Shown: positions 45,986 through 56,847, counted from the stretch's first letter. The stretch: 64,000 nucleotides of DNA from an uncultured Gammaproteobacteria bacterium (GCA_963797555.1 CAWCPV010000003.1:256001-320000); one strand, 5' to 3'. A program made the numbers and translations. Notes: generated by a model not told the origin, from the sequence alone.

Positions 45986-46136
45986 AGCACAGGCGCACTG
46001 CCACCTGCCTTTGCGTTCATCGCTTTCGGTTCGCCCGATTGAAAGGCCGGGTACTCTTTACCAGGTGAAACGTGGACGGGTCTGCACGGTTCTATCGTCG
46101 CACCACAACACCGGAGGAAGCGGTCGATACAGCACA

Positions 46137-47303
46137 CTAGTGTAGTGCTTCATTCTGTTTAGAACTTAAACGTGCGTTGGCGCGGATGACCTTCTGCAGG
46201 ATGTCCTTAGCCTTGGCGGTCCAGATGAAGGGTTTGGGATTGGCGTTGTGGGCATCGACATAGCGGTTGATGGCATGGATCAACTCGGGGACGCTTCGAA
46301 ACACGCCACGGCGCAACCGATCCACAGTCAGGTCGCGGAAGAATCGCTCGACCATGTTCAACCAGGATGCTGAGGTGGGCGTGAAATGGATGTGGAAACG
46401 CGGGTGTTTTCCCAGCCATTTCTGAACGTTGGGATGTTTGTGGGTGGCGTAGTTGTCGCAGACCAAGTGCAGTTCCTTGTCCTTGGGCGTCTCGCGGTCG
46501 ATTTGGCGCAGGAAGGTGAGCCACTCCGTGTGGCGATGGTGCGGCTCGCAGCGGGCAATCACGGAACCCTCCAAGGTGTTCAGGGCAGCAAACAGTGTCG
46601 TGGTGCCATGGCGCTTGTAGTCATGGGTCATGGTCGCAGCCCGCCCCTTCTTCAGCGGCAGGCCAGGTTGGGTACGATCCAGCGCCTGAACCTGACTCTT
46701 CTCGTCGCAGCACAACACCAAAGCATGCTCCGGGGGGGACAGATACAGCCCGACGATGTCCTCCAACTTCTCGGTGAATTTCGGGTCGCGCGATACCTTG
46801 AAGGATTCGACACGATGCGGCTTCAGCCCATGGGCATGCCACACGCGCAGCACCGTGGTGTCGCTCACTCCCATTTCCTTAGCCAGGGTCCGCGTACTCC
46901 ACTGTGTCGCTGCTAAGGGCTGGGTCTGAGTCGTGCGTCGCACGATCTCGGCGGCATCCACCTTGGGCTGACGACCTCCGCGCGGCAGGTCACACTCGAT
47001 GGCCGCCAGCCCGCCTTGCGCATAGCGCTCCCGCCAACGCCCAACCTGCACACGCCCAATCTTGAGTTCCGCCGCGATGGCCTTGTTCTCCATGCCCACC
47101 GCCGCCAACAGCACAATGCGCGCTCGGCGGGCCAGCCTCACACTCGTGGTGTTCGAACGCGACACACGCCTCAGGCTCCGCTGTTCTTCCGCGCTCAGTC
47201 GGACCATCGGGGCTACTCGCATCAGTGCTCTCCTGTCTTGGCTTCATAGCCCTGGACAGCGATAGATCATATATGTTCCGTTAATTACCAAGCACTACAC
47301 TAG
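46137..47303 (-). mobile_element. Complete IS630-family element (transposase 46137-47222)
   Basis: DEK...HDYKRHGTT...DNYATH...WLNMVE; inverted ends ctagtgtagtgctt / aagcactacactag. Confidence 0.95.
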
Positions 47304-47509
47304 TAGGCTGTCGAAGGTCGAAGAGCGCGAGGCCACAGCGACCTTGCAGCGACTCGCAGAGTCCCCCAACGCTGTCAGCGCCATCCGTCAACGCTGCCTC
47401 GCCTGCGCGAGGTCACCATCGGCCGTGTGGATCTGTCGGTTCGGGTAGGAAAAAATCGCCGCTCATAGGGAAGATGTCGATGGAGTATTAGCAGAGCCTG
47501 ATATAGTGC

Positions 47510-47900
47510 TGACGGACTCAGAAGGTGGAAAGCGTGTTGCTGGTGTACGCCCTTGCCCACAACCTGATGCGCACTGCCTTCTTGCGCCTGCGGAAAGCCA
47601 GCCAACCCGATAACGGCACCGCCCGCCCCGGCGCGCGGGCCTCGGAAGGATCCATCGCGCCGCTTCGATGATCTGGGTTTCGGTGCTCCAGGGCCTTTCT
47701 GAACCCGCTGCTCGCGTTCTTGGGCCGCTCGCGAGTGGGCACAAAAAGCCCGCTCGCGCTGGGAGCTTGCTGGCGGGTCGTCTTGAAGCTCTTGGCACGG
47801 TGCTTCGACCTGCACAGGGGCTTCTTGGAGAGCGTTCTCCAGGGTCGGTTGGGACAGAAACTTGCCCTGCACCACCCTAACGATCATTGCGTCTGGCGCC
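47510..47900. mobile_element. IS1182-like transposase scraps (C-terminus on +, mid part on -)
   Basis: KVESVLLVYALAHNLMR (+); TLENALQEA...DDPPASSQRERA (-). Confidence 0.55.
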
Positions 47901-48126
47901 ACCCCAGAGGATGAAAGAAGCTGTGGGGTGGGAGACGGCGGGAAGAGGTCGCGCAAGTTTTTGGCGGCTCGACCCCGCAACCTAACGTGACCCGCCGGAC
48001 CGACTCGTACCCCGGATTGCTTCCCTACAGAGCGCACGTTAAACAGGCCGTCTGTCTGACGTCAATTACTCTGTCCGGTTGACGACAACTAGAATGGCCG
48101 CTCTGTAGTGTAGGCGGTAGTTGTCG

Positions 48127-48891
48127 TCAGCTCTTGTTCGATACCTCCTGGTTGCGGGTTGCTTGGCGCTTTCGGTAGCTCTGCCCGTTGAGTTCGATGA
48201 TGTGGGCATGGTGGACGAGCCGGTCGATGGCGGCGACGGCCATCATGTTGTCGGGGAAGATCGCATCCCACTCGCTGAAGGGGTGGTTGCTGGTGATCAG
48301 GAGACTGCCGCTCTCGTAGCGGTGGGCGATGAGCTCGAAGAGCACGGAGCTTTCCATCTCGGTGCGCTTGACGTAGCCGATGTCATCGAGGACGAGCAGC
48401 GGGTACTTGTCGAGCTTGGCGAGCGCATCGCTGAGCCTGAGGGCCTGTTTGGCGGTTTGAAGCTCCTGGACGAGGCTGGTTGCCGAGGCGAAACGCACCC
48501 GCACCCCTTGGCTGATGAGCCCGTGCCCAATGGCTGCGGCGAGATGGGTTTTGCCGACGCCGGAGGGCCCGAAGAGCAGGAGGTTGTCGGTGCGCTCGAC
48601 CCAGGTGGCATCCTCGGCGAGCTGCACAATCTGCTGGCGGTTCAGCCCGGCGCTGGCCGTGAAGTCGAAGTGCTGGAGCGTCTTGCCCGCGGGCAGGCGG
48701 GCATCGTTGAGGTGGCGCTCCAGGCGCCGCCGCTCGCGTTCGGCGAGCTCGTGCTCGCAGAGCGCGGCGAGATAGTCGGCGAGGCTCCAGTGGTGCTCGA
48801 GGGCCCGGGTTTGCAGCGGTTGATACAGCCGTGCCATGGTCGGCAGGCGCAGCTCCCTGAGCAGCAGGGGCAAGGTGGCGGCGTTAGCCAT
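48127..48891 (-). CDS. istB: IS21 helper ATPase
   Basis: GPSGVGKT, LVLDDIGY, AIDRLVHH. Confidence 0.95.
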   Translation of the reverse strand: MANAATLPLLLRELRLPTMARLYQPLQTRALEHHWSLADYLAALCEHELAERERRRLERHLNDARLPAGKTLQHFDFTASAGLNRQQIVQLAEDATWVERTDNLLLFGPSGVGKTHLAAAIGHGLISQGVRVRFASATSLVQELQTAKQALRLSDALAKLDKYPLLVLDDIGYVKRTEMESSVLFELIAHRYESGSLLITSNHPFSEWDAIFPDNMMAVAAIDRLVHHAHIIELNGQSYRKRQATRNQEVSNKS

Positions 48892-50413
48892 GGCACACCT
48901 CCTCGGCGGCACTGCGGTGGGTGGCGGGCAGGAGCGCGTCATAGTCGGCCAGCGGGTGCTGAGCAGTGGCGCCGAGAGGGAGCGTCGCGGGGGCTGGCGG
49001 TGCGAAGCGTTGTTGCAGGGCGCTGAGCGTGGGCGATAGGCCTCGCTCCAGGGCGGCCAGCCAGTGGGTCCCCAGGGCCTCCTGGCACTCGTGCTCGGCG
49101 GCGAGCTTGAGTGCGCCGACCATGCGCTTGCAGGCGTCGGCGGGCGCAAGGGTAGCGTCCAGATGCTGCCAGATACGCTGATAGGTGGCATCCGGAAGCA
49201 GGGCGTCGCGGTACTGGAGCCGATAGAAGGCGCGGGGCTTCTTCACCAGCCATCCCACGAGATGGCGATAGTCGATGCGGCTCGCCCGGCGCTTGCCCGG
49301 GGCCGGGTAGACCCGCGGGAGGATGAGCAGGGCCTCGGTGCCGAGGAACAGCTCCAGGCGGGCGTCATAGAGGTGCACCCGCAGGCGCTCGCCGATGAGC
49401 CGCGCGGGGACCGAGTAGACCACCAAGCGCACGGTGATGGTGCTGGCGGTGGTGACCTTCACCCACAGCTCGGTGTAGTCGGCCGCGAAGGTCACCGGCA
49501 GGGGCCGCAGATGGGGGCGCTCGGCCTCGATGGCGGTGGCGTTACGCCGGTTGACGGCGGCGGTGACGGTGTCGAGAAAGTCCTGGTAGGACGCCACCGA
49601 GGGGAACTCGGCACTGCCCCGGGCCAGAAGGCGCTGCACGATACGGCGCTTCAAATGCCCGTGGGGTGACTCGATGCTGCCGTTCTCGTGGCAGGCCCCG
49701 GGGTTGTTGCGCGTCGGCCTCATCCCATAATGGGCGCAGAGCGCCGCGTAGCGCGCCGCAAGGTCGTGCTGGGCCTCAGCCGAGAGGTTCTTGAACGCCG
49801 CCGAGAGGCTGTCAGTGCGGTGCTCGGCCGGTGCACCGCCCAGGCGCAGCAGCGCCTGGCTGAGCCCCTCGGCGAGCGCCGTGAAGCTCTCCCCGCCCAG
49901 CACCACCCGCACCGTGCACCAGCCGCTGTAGGCCAGGCGGAAATGGTAGAGGCGGTGGGCGAGCGGCTCGCCGGCGATGGTGACGGTGACGTCCTTGAGC
50001 ACGGTGAAATCCGACAAACCCCGCAGTCCCGGGACCTGCTGCTGTGGGAACATCACCTCCTTCTCGGGTCCATGCGCCGCCCGCCAGGCCTTCACCCGGC
50101 GCTGCAAGGTGCGCAATAGCTTGTCCGGGTACTGGCCCGGATGGCGCTCCTGGAGCCCTTCCAAGAGCGTCAGCGCGTGCAGTGCCGGGGTGTGCTCAAG
50201 CAGTGGGACCAGCTCGCTGTCCCACACGGTGTCAAAGGGGTCGCGGCGCGTTCGATACCGCCGCGCGCCCCGCGGTGCTCGACGCTCGTCCCGCTCGTCA
50301 AGACGGCGCGCCGTGCGCTCCGAGAAACCCGCCTTGGCGGCGGCGGTTACTTGGTTCTTACCTGCGGTTCTCTGTGACATATAGACCTTGACCTGTTGCG
50401 GTGTGACGGCCAT
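48884..50413 (-). CDS. istA: IS21 transposase
   Basis: SDFT, HRTDSLSAA, HENGSIE. Confidence 0.95.
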   Translation of the reverse strand: MAVTPQQVKVYMSQRTAGKNQVTAAAKAGFSERTARRLDERDERRAPRGARRYRTRRDPFDTVWDSELVPLLEHTPALHALTLLEGLQERHPGQYPDKLLRTLQRRVKAWRAAHGPEKEVMFPQQQVPGLRGLSDFTVLKDVTVTIAGEPLAHRLYHFRLAYSGWCTVRVVLGGESFTALAEGLSQALLRLGGAPAEHRTDSLSAAFKNLSAEAQHDLAARYAALCAHYGMRPTRNNPGACHENGSIESPHGHLKRRIVQRLLARGSAEFPSVASYQDFLDTVTAAVNRRNATAIEAERPHLRPLPVTFAADYTELWVKVTTASTITVRLVVYSVPARLIGERLRVHLYDARLELFLGTEALLILPRVYPAPGKRRASRIDYRHLVGWLVKKPRAFYRLQYRDALLPDATYQRIWQHLDATLAPADACKRMVGALKLAAEHECQEALGTHWLAALERGLSPTLSALQQRFAPPAPATLPLGATAQHPLADYDALLPATHRSAAEEVCHG

Positions 50414-50599
50414 CCCTCCCCCCGAAGCATCGGATGTCAGAACGCCGCCAGTGTGGCCGATCAACCGGACAAAGTAGTTGTCGCCAACCGGTCAACGTAA
50501 TTGTCGCTCTATAGCCGTCGGCGGCTTGCCGCCTTCAGGCTCACTCGGTCCGGCACCCGCCGTCTCCCATCTCTTGAGTGTATTGCGACGGGAGACGAC

Positions 50600-51787
50600 A
50601 TGGAACTGGTAGCGATCTTCAAGCGTGTCATCGGTCTGGATGTGCATCAGGGGCAAGTGACCGCCTGTGCCATCCTTGAGGAGGCCGACGGCCAAGTCTA
50701 CATCGAGCAACGCCAATTCGGTGCCTTCAAGAAAGACCGCCGGGCGCTCGCGGAGTGGTGCGCGGGATTTCGCCCGGAGGAGGTGGTCATGGAGAGCACC
50801 GGCATTTACTGGAAAAGTCCTTACGCAGCCCTAGAGGCGCACGGCATCCAAGCCAAGGTGGTCAACGCCCGCCACGTCAAGCAGGTCCCGGGACGCAAGA
50901 CCGACATCGGCGATGCCCAGTGGCTGGCCATGTTGGCTCGCGCCGCTCTGTTGCGCGCCTCCTTCGTGCCGAAGGCCAAACTGCGCGAGCTGCGCCTGAT
51001 CGCCCGGCAGCGACAGAAGCTCGTGGGCTTGGCTGCCTCGGAGAAGAACCGGCTGCACAAGGTGCTCACCGATGGTGGCATCCGCCTGGGGGTGGTGGTG
51101 AGCGATATCCACGGCCAGTCGGCCCGTGCCATGCTGAAAGCCCTCATCCAGGGGGCTGCTGCCCACGAGGTCCTCCCCCTGGCCAGCCGCCGGCTGAAGG
51201 CGAGCCGCGAGGAGCTGCTCGATGCCCTGCAGGGGGACCTGACCGAGTCTCATCGCTTCGTCCTCGATGAATTGATGCGCCACATCGAGGAGCTCGAAGC
51301 CCGCATCGCCCGCTTCGATGCTCGCTTGCTCGAAGGCCTGAAGGAGGAGGCCAACAGCCTGCTGTTGTTGCAGACCCTACCAGGGGTCAATGTCATCGGT
51401 GCCGCCATGCTGCTGGTGGAAATCGGTAGCGACATGAGCGCCTTCGGTCATGCCGAGCGGCTCGCTTCCTGGGTGGGTATCTGCCCCGGCAACCACGAGT
51501 CGGCCGGCAAGCGCCAATCGGGGCGCACCCGCAAGGGCAACCCCTATGTGCGTCGTCTGCTGTGCGAGTTCGCCCATGCCGCAAGCCGTACCCGCTTGCG
51601 CCGCGGCCGCAAACGAGCCATCATCGCTCTGGCCCACAAGATGTTGCGTATCATCTTCTGCATGCTCTCGCGCGGCCAACACTACCGGGATTCGGCCACT
51701 GACTATGAAGCCCTATTTGTGAAACGCAACGCCCCACGCTGGATCAAGGCCCTCAGCCGCTACGGCTTCCTGCCAGCCGCCGCCTGA
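50600..51787 (+). CDS. IS110 DEDD recombinase/transposase
   Basis: GLDVH, MESTG, KTDIGDA, ESAGK; C-terminus looks slightly shortened. Confidence 0.95.
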   Translation: MELVAIFKRVIGLDVHQGQVTACAILEEADGQVYIEQRQFGAFKKDRRALAEWCAGFRPEEVVMESTGIYWKSPYAALEAHGIQAKVVNARHVKQVPGRKTDIGDAQWLAMLARAALLRASFVPKAKLRELRLIARQRQKLVGLAASEKNRLHKVLTDGGIRLGVVVSDIHGQSARAMLKALIQGAAAHEVLPLASRRLKASREELLDALQGDLTESHRFVLDELMRHIEELEARIARFDARLLEGLKEEANSLLLLQTLPGVNVIGAAMLLVEIGSDMSAFGHAERLASWVGICPGNHESAGKRQSGRTRKGNPYVRRLLCEFAHAASRTRLRRGRKRAIIALAHKMLRIIFCMLSRGQHYRDSATDYEALFVKRNAPRWIKALSRYGFLPAAA

Positions 51788-51861
51788 ACCCTTCACCCCC
51801 TCCTCCTATGGCCCTCATCGGCCAGGCTCCGTCACGCCCAAAAACCGGCTTCTTTCACGTT

Positions 51862-52120
51862 AAAGTCCGCCAAACTGTGGTAGTTCACCGCCACCCCACC
51901 GCACAGCAGCGGTAGGCATCATGCTGTTGGCACAGGCGCTCGAGCGTCCGCGCACTGCCCCCTCCACGGTCGCACACAGCCACAGCGCCATCAGGATCGC
52001 AGGGGCAATCGGCGGGCGTCCCGCCCCGCTCTCCACAGACCGGATCCCCTGATACAGGGGCGATAGATCGATTCCCTCTACGAACGCCCAAACCCCTGCG
52101 CCGTTGTCGGTCACCAAGAG
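51862..52120 (-). mobile_element. IS1182-like transposase N-terminal fragment
   Basis: VWAFVEGIDLS, GRPPIAPAILMALWL, VNYHSLADF. Confidence 0.75.
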
Positions 52121-52285
52121 CGGGGGCTTCGCCAGGGGTCCGTGCAGCCGCTCCGCCTCGGCGCGGGCGCTATCGAGCGCGGCGGCGACCCGGCTGCCTA
52201 TCTTCGACCCTGCCTCTGCTCGGCGGGAATTCTTCAGAAATTTTACCGACGCTCAGCCAATCCTCCTGTAAGTCCTTGTCCTGTT

Positions 52286-52335
52286 TGGCGTCCCCAACGG
52301 GATTCGAACCCGTGTTGCAGCCTTGAAAGGGCTGT
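52286..52335 (-). repeat. att site: 50-bp exact duplicate of the 3' part of tRNA-Glu
   Basis: Identical to 60988-61037; lacks the tRNA 5' end. Confidence 0.95.
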
Positions 52336-52471
52336 CTGACGTCCGCAGCCGTCCGTCGCTGTCCACGTAACCCATTCTCCCGCTTGCTTTCCTGTCCATG
52401 CTCGTCCATACTCGTCCGTAGGGTTCCACCCTGGGGTATTACGGAAGATTACGGAAGCGAGGGTTACCGCC

Positions 52472-53712
52472 ATGCCAAGAATCGCACGGGACGCGCGCAT
52501 CGAGACACGGGACGCCCGGACCCGGCTGAAGGTCCGCAAGGAGCCGTACTGGCGACAGATTCACTTCGGGCTGTCGGTCGGGTACTACCGGGGCGCTCAC
52601 GCAGCCGCCTGGGTAGTGCGTCGCAGGGTAGACAGCCGCTATGCCTTCGAGACCTTGGGCGCCGCAGACGACCACCAGGACGCCAACGGTCTGGACGTCC
52701 TGAGCTACGCCCAAGCCTGCCGCAAGGCCATGGAGCTGGCCGATCAGGCCGTGACCGCGCCGGTCGAGCGCGGCTACACCGTGGCCGATGCCTGTCGGGA
52801 CTATCTGCTGTGGTTCAGGGCGCACCGCAAGAGCTACCGGGACACGGAGCGCACCGTCAACGCGCACATCCTGCCCGCCCTGGGGGCGCAAGGTAGCGAA
52901 CCTGACGACGGTGGATCTGCGCCGCTGGCACCAAGAGCTTGCGGAGGCCCCGGTCAGGCGCCGCGGCAAGCTGGTCCCTGCGGACCCCACCGATACCGAC
53001 GCGACGCGGGCCAGGAAGGCCACGGCGAACCGAATCCTGACCGTGCTGAAGGCCACGTTGAACATGGCCTACCGCGAGGGGAAGGCATCGACAGACGAAG
53101 CCTGGGATTGCGTGCGCCCGTTCCGTGCGGTCGAGGAGCCGAAGGTCCGCTATCTGACCGCGGCCGAAGCCGAAGCGGCTGATCAACGCCTGCCTGCCAG
53201 ACTTCCGGGATTTAGTGGTCGGTGCGCTGCTCACCGGCTGCCGGTACGGGGAGCTCTGCCGGCTGAAGGTCGGAGATTGTGACCGGGACGCGGGCACGAT
53301 CAGGGTCTCGGAGAGCAAAGCCGGGAAGGCCCGCCATGTGCCGCTGACCGACGAAGGCCAAGCGCTGTTCGAACGGATGGCGGCCGGCCGGCGCGGGACC
53401 GCTCCCGTGTTCGTGCGTCCCGACGGGGAGCCCTGGGGCCAGTCGCACCAAGTCCGGCCCATCCGGGAGGCGAGCCGGCGAGCCGGAATAGACCCGCCCG
53501 TGTCGTTCCACATCATCCGCCACACCTATGGGTCTCTGCTCGCCATGCGGGGCACGCCACTGGACGTGATCGCCGCGGCCCTGGGGCACAGCGACACGCG
53601 CATGACTTCCCGCCACTACGCCCACCTGCAGCCGTCCTATGTGGCGCAGACCATCCGGGCGAACCTGCCGAGCTTCGGGGTTCGGCCTGGGAACGTGCGG
53701 CGCATCGGGTGA
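52472..53712 (+). CDS. Tyrosine integrase (frameshifts near 52887 and 53175)
   Basis: TGCRYGE, SKAG, FHIIRH, LGH, RHY; TTACGGA arm-like repeats at 52439, 52449, 60935, 60946. Confidence 0.92.
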
Positions 53713-53717
53713 GCGCC

Positions 53718-54266
53718 ATGGAGCAATTCAGCCGATGGTGCCGACATGTCGGAGGGAAGCCCGACGGCTACGCCCGCCTGTATGAGTTCGCCAAAGCCAT
53801 GGAGCGAGGCGAGACGCCTCGCCCCGAGCTGTTGCGCGAGCTGGCGGACGTGTTCAATCGGATTCTTGGATGACCAAGACCCGGCGCGCGCCCTGGGGCT
53901 GAAGAAACGCCAAGGACGCCGGATCACCATTCAGTCGTTGGACCGTGCGATTCTATCGCAGAGGGCGTCGTCTGGCTGCGCCTGGGAGGCTGCCCACTGG
54001 AAGCGAACGACCCTCGGCGCGTCGGAGCCTTCGCTGAAGTCGCTAAGCTTGCGAACAAAGCAGAGGCGACAGTGCGCGCGCAGTATGCCAGGCATCGCCG
54101 CAGCGCCATCCTCGAAGTGAAGATGAAACTTCTTACCGTGCTGGCCGTCGATCGGATGCACGGCAAAGACCCGAACCCCGACGTTTTGTCCTTGCTGGAG
54201 AAGCTGCCGCAGCCTTTTGCGCTCGTGACGGCTGATGTTCTCGCCTGGCTCTCTTATCAGAACTAA
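53718..54266 (+). CDS. Hypothetical satellite protein (frameshifted)
   Basis: ATG just after int; joinable frames ending WLSYQN. Confidence 0.45.
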
Positions 54267-54376
54267 GCCGCCAAGTACACCCCCAAGAAATCACCGTCGA
54301 TTTGTTGAGGGTTAGCATTCGCTGATCCGCGTGGTGAAATTGCTCCTTCGCCTATCCGCGCACGGAGTAAGACACC

Positions 54377-54631
54377 ATGTCCAAGAAGGATTCGCCCCGC
54401 CCCACGGGCACAGACCCGGCCGCCTACGGCTCCTTGACGGCGTTCTTTGCCGCACACGGCCTGTCTAGGTCGAAGGGCTATGAGCTGGTCCGCGCGGGCT
54501 TCGGCCCGCAGACCACGCGGATCGGGAACAAGCAAGTCGTGTTCGCGGAGCAGGCCGTTGAGTGGCGCGCGCGCTTGGCGAAGATCGGGACCATCCCAGC
54601 AGAATCGAAATACAGGCGGGCAGTCAGATGA
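54377..54631 (+). CDS. AlpA/excisionase-like winged-helix protein
   Basis: FFAAHGLSRSKGYELVRAGFGP..RIG; GGAG RBS. Confidence 0.7.
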   Translation: MSKKDSPRPTGTDPAAYGSLTAFFAAHGLSRSKGYELVRAGFGPQTTRIGNKQVVFAEQAVEWRARLAKIGTIPAESKYRRAVR

Positions 54632-54770
54632 CGGCCGCCCCAGCAGGCCCCGGCGGGCCCCAGACAAGCCGAAGCCCTGCGAGGGACAGGGCTTCGGAGG
54701 AGGGCACAGACCAGACGAGACGACAGAATAACACATCCCTGGCCGCGCGTAGCTCCCCTCGGGAGGTGCC

Positions 54771-56141
54771 ATGGCAGGCCTAGCCGAGCGCGCAAAGAAG
54801 CTGGACGAGCGCATGGAGCGCGCGGAGGCCAGGGCAGACGCAGCGAACGCTGCACGCGAGCGGCGCAGGGCGAACGGCGCCCCACCCGGCGCGGAAAACC
54901 GATCTGCCGATCAGACCTCTCGCATCAAGGAAACCCTCGAAGGCATCCGCACCGGCAACGACCTGCGCGGGATGGAACTCTCCCCGGTCACTTGGGCTGT
55001 CGAGAGGCTGATCCCCGCTGGGGTGACCATCTTGGGCGGAAAACCGAAAGCGAAGAAGAGCTGGATGATGCTGGGCATTGCCATTGCCGTGGCGTGTGGC
55101 GGGAAGGCGCTCGGGAGCATCGACGTGGACCCTGCGGACGTGCTCTATCTGAGTCTGGAGGACGGGAAGCGGCGCTTGAAGCGTCGGGTGGACATCCTGG
55201 AGCGCAGGGCGGACTTGTCGAGGCTGCACTACGCGACTCAGTGGCCGCGGCTGCACGAGGGCGGCACCGAGGCGCTTGAAGCATGGCTCCGGTCCCATTC
55301 GGAGACCCGACTGGTCATCATCGACACCCTCGCCAAGGTACGCCCGCCAGGGAAGCAGAACGAGACCCTGTACACCAACGACTACATCGTGGGCGAGCTG
55401 CTGATTGGTCTCGCCACCCGCTTCGACGTGGCCATCGTGCTCATACACCACTGCCGCAAGCTGGACGCGGAGGACCCGATCGACCTCATCAGTGGATCTC
55501 TCGGGCTCACGGGCGGTGTTGACGGCTACATGGTGCTGAAGCGGGCGGTCGGTGAGCGTGATCTGGCCTTCCTCACCGTGGTCGGGCGCGACTTGGACGA
55601 GGATCAAGAGCTGGCCGTCAAGTGGCATCAGCCAACCGCCACGTGGCACATGCAGGCCGGCAACGCTGAGCGCTACAAGCTATCTCATGAGCAGCGCGCC
55701 GTCATCGAGGCCCTGTCCGAGCATGGGCCTATGCACACCAAGGATCTGGCCGAACGGCTGCACCCTGGCACGAAGATCAGCGACACCGAGCAGTCGAGGG
55801 AGTACAAGAGCACCGCTAAGCTGTGCAGCAAGTTGGCCGCCAAGGACATGATCCATCGGCGGCACTATGACAAGAAGTGGGACGTTACCAATACACAAAC
55901 ACCGGTAGTAGTAGTAGAAGAAGAAGAAGTAGTAGAAGCGGTAGAAGCGGTAGAAGTGACAGGTAAGGGTACCGACTTCTACCGGTGTGAGGGGGCTTCT
56001 ACCGGTACTTCTACCGGTTACGAGAACTCTAATATACGTTCTGCCGCAACGCCTGCACGGGAAACTTCTACCGCTTCTACCGGTACTACCGCGCGCGCGC
56101 GCGAACCTGGCGATGATGACGACCTAGAGGAGCAACCATGA
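54771..56141 (+). CDS. AAA_25 (RepA-like) replicative helicase
   Basis: GKPKAKKS Walker A, YLSLED, LVIIDTL, IHHCRK, SGS. Confidence 0.88.
   Translation: MAGLAERAKKLDERMERAEARADAANAARERRRANGAPPGAENRSADQTSRIKETLEGIRTGNDLRGMELSPVTWAVERLIPAGVTILGGKPKAKKSWMMLGIAIAVACGGKALGSIDVDPADVLYLSLEDGKRRLKRRVDILERRADLSRLHYATQWPRLHEGGTEALEAWLRSHSETRLVIIDTLAKVRPPGKQNETLYTNDYIVGELLIGLATRFDVAIVLIHHCRKLDAEDPIDLISGSLGLTGGVDGYMVLKRAVGERDLAFLTVVGRDLDEDQELAVKWHQPTATWHMQAGNAERYKLSHEQRAVIEALSEHGPMHTKDLAERLHPGTKISDTEQSREYKSTAKLCSKLAAKDMIHRRHYDKKWDVTNTQTPVVVVEEEEVVEAVEAVEVTGKGTDFYRCEGASTGTSTGYENSNIRSAATPARETSTASTGTTARAREPGDDDDLEEQP
55902..56091. repeat. Iteron-like array (putative origin) in the helicase 3' end
   Basis: 4x GTAGAAG followed by 5x inverted CTTCTAC. 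Confidence 0.65.
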
Positions 56142-56692
56142 ACGACATCCCGGTACGGCTACCCTACGGCGGAACGCATTGGGACCCGACCATCCCGCGC
56201 GGCGTGCTGGATGGTTTCATCCGGGCTCGGCATCCCGCGAAGCACTACTACGGGGCGCTCTGGATACCGCCCGGGTTTACCTCTACAGAGCGGTTCAAGA
56301 ACTGGGCCATCGCGATGAGGGAGCGGGCATCCTGGCAGCGCGTGGTGAGCTTCATGGATGCCACCGGGCTACGCCCGAGCGAGGCTTACCGTCGCGTGTT
56401 CCCTCCCCACGGGTTGATGTGGCATCCATACTTCGACCATACGCTGATCTGGCGCGATGACGGCGGGTATATCGTCACGACTGAGCCCTATGGCGAGTGT
56501 GCCCACAACGACCCCGAGGGTACGGCATTCTGGGCAAGAGAACACGGCTGGCAGTGCGTCGCTGCTCCCGAGTGGGGGATGTGGAGACCACCGGAGACGC
56601 ACTTGTGGATACTTTCGCCGCCACGCGTCGGGGCGGACGTGGAAAAGGTCATCCGGCGACTGACGGTTCAACACGAGGGCAAGAGGGTATGA
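56138..56692 (+). CDS. Hypothetical protein, 184 aa
   Basis: GAGGAG RBS; ATGA overlap with the helicase stop. Confidence 0.7.
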   Translation: MNDIPVRLPYGGTHWDPTIPRGVLDGFIRARHPAKHYYGALWIPPGFTSTERFKNWAIAMRERASWQRVVSFMDATGLRPSEAYRRVFPPHGLMWHPYFDHTLIWRDDGGYIVTTEPYGECAHNDPEGTAFWAREHGWQCVAAPEWGMWRPPETHLWILSPPRVGADVEKVIRRLTVQHEGKRV

Positions 56693-56737
56693 GCACCACC
56701 TACCACCTTCACCCGCTGGCCGACGCAGGCGCAGATC

Positions 56738-56847
56738 GCGGGGTGGTTGCGGGTGAGCCGAGCAACTATCGAAAATTGGGTGACAACCAATGATAAAGTT
56801 GTCATTGGTTGTCACCAGTCCAACTCGCCCGAGCGCATGCGCGGACG
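56738..56847 (+). repeat. Cassette A (HTH-like segment plus 38-bp palindrome)
   Basis: 110-bp ungapped inverted homolog of 57978-58087; palindrome 56779-56816. Confidence 0.9.

Larger units (their letters stand above)
48053..50513 (-). mobile_element. Complete IS21-family element
   Basis: Imperfect TIRs (caattac..ccggttg.cgacaacta); 6-bp target duplication GCCGTC at 48047-48052 and 50514-50519. Confidence 0.95.
47929..50569 (+). ncRNA. Putative bridge RNA of the IS110, split into 47929-48052 and 50514-50569
   Basis: Perfect 14-bp stem 47929-47942/50556-50569 and nested 10-bp stem 47994-48003/50545-50554 once IS21 is removed. Confidence 0.55.
47908..51863 (+). mobile_element. IS110-family element; its upstream non-coding end is interrupted by IS21
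   Basis: Sub-terminal IR tgaaagaagc (47912-47921) / gcttctttca (51848-51857); recombinase ORF inside; exact ends uncertain by a few bp. Confidence 0.8.

Noticed and set aside
52286-52335. Second functional tRNA-Glu
   Set aside because: Lacks the 5' acceptor strand and D-arm; it is the att duplicate.
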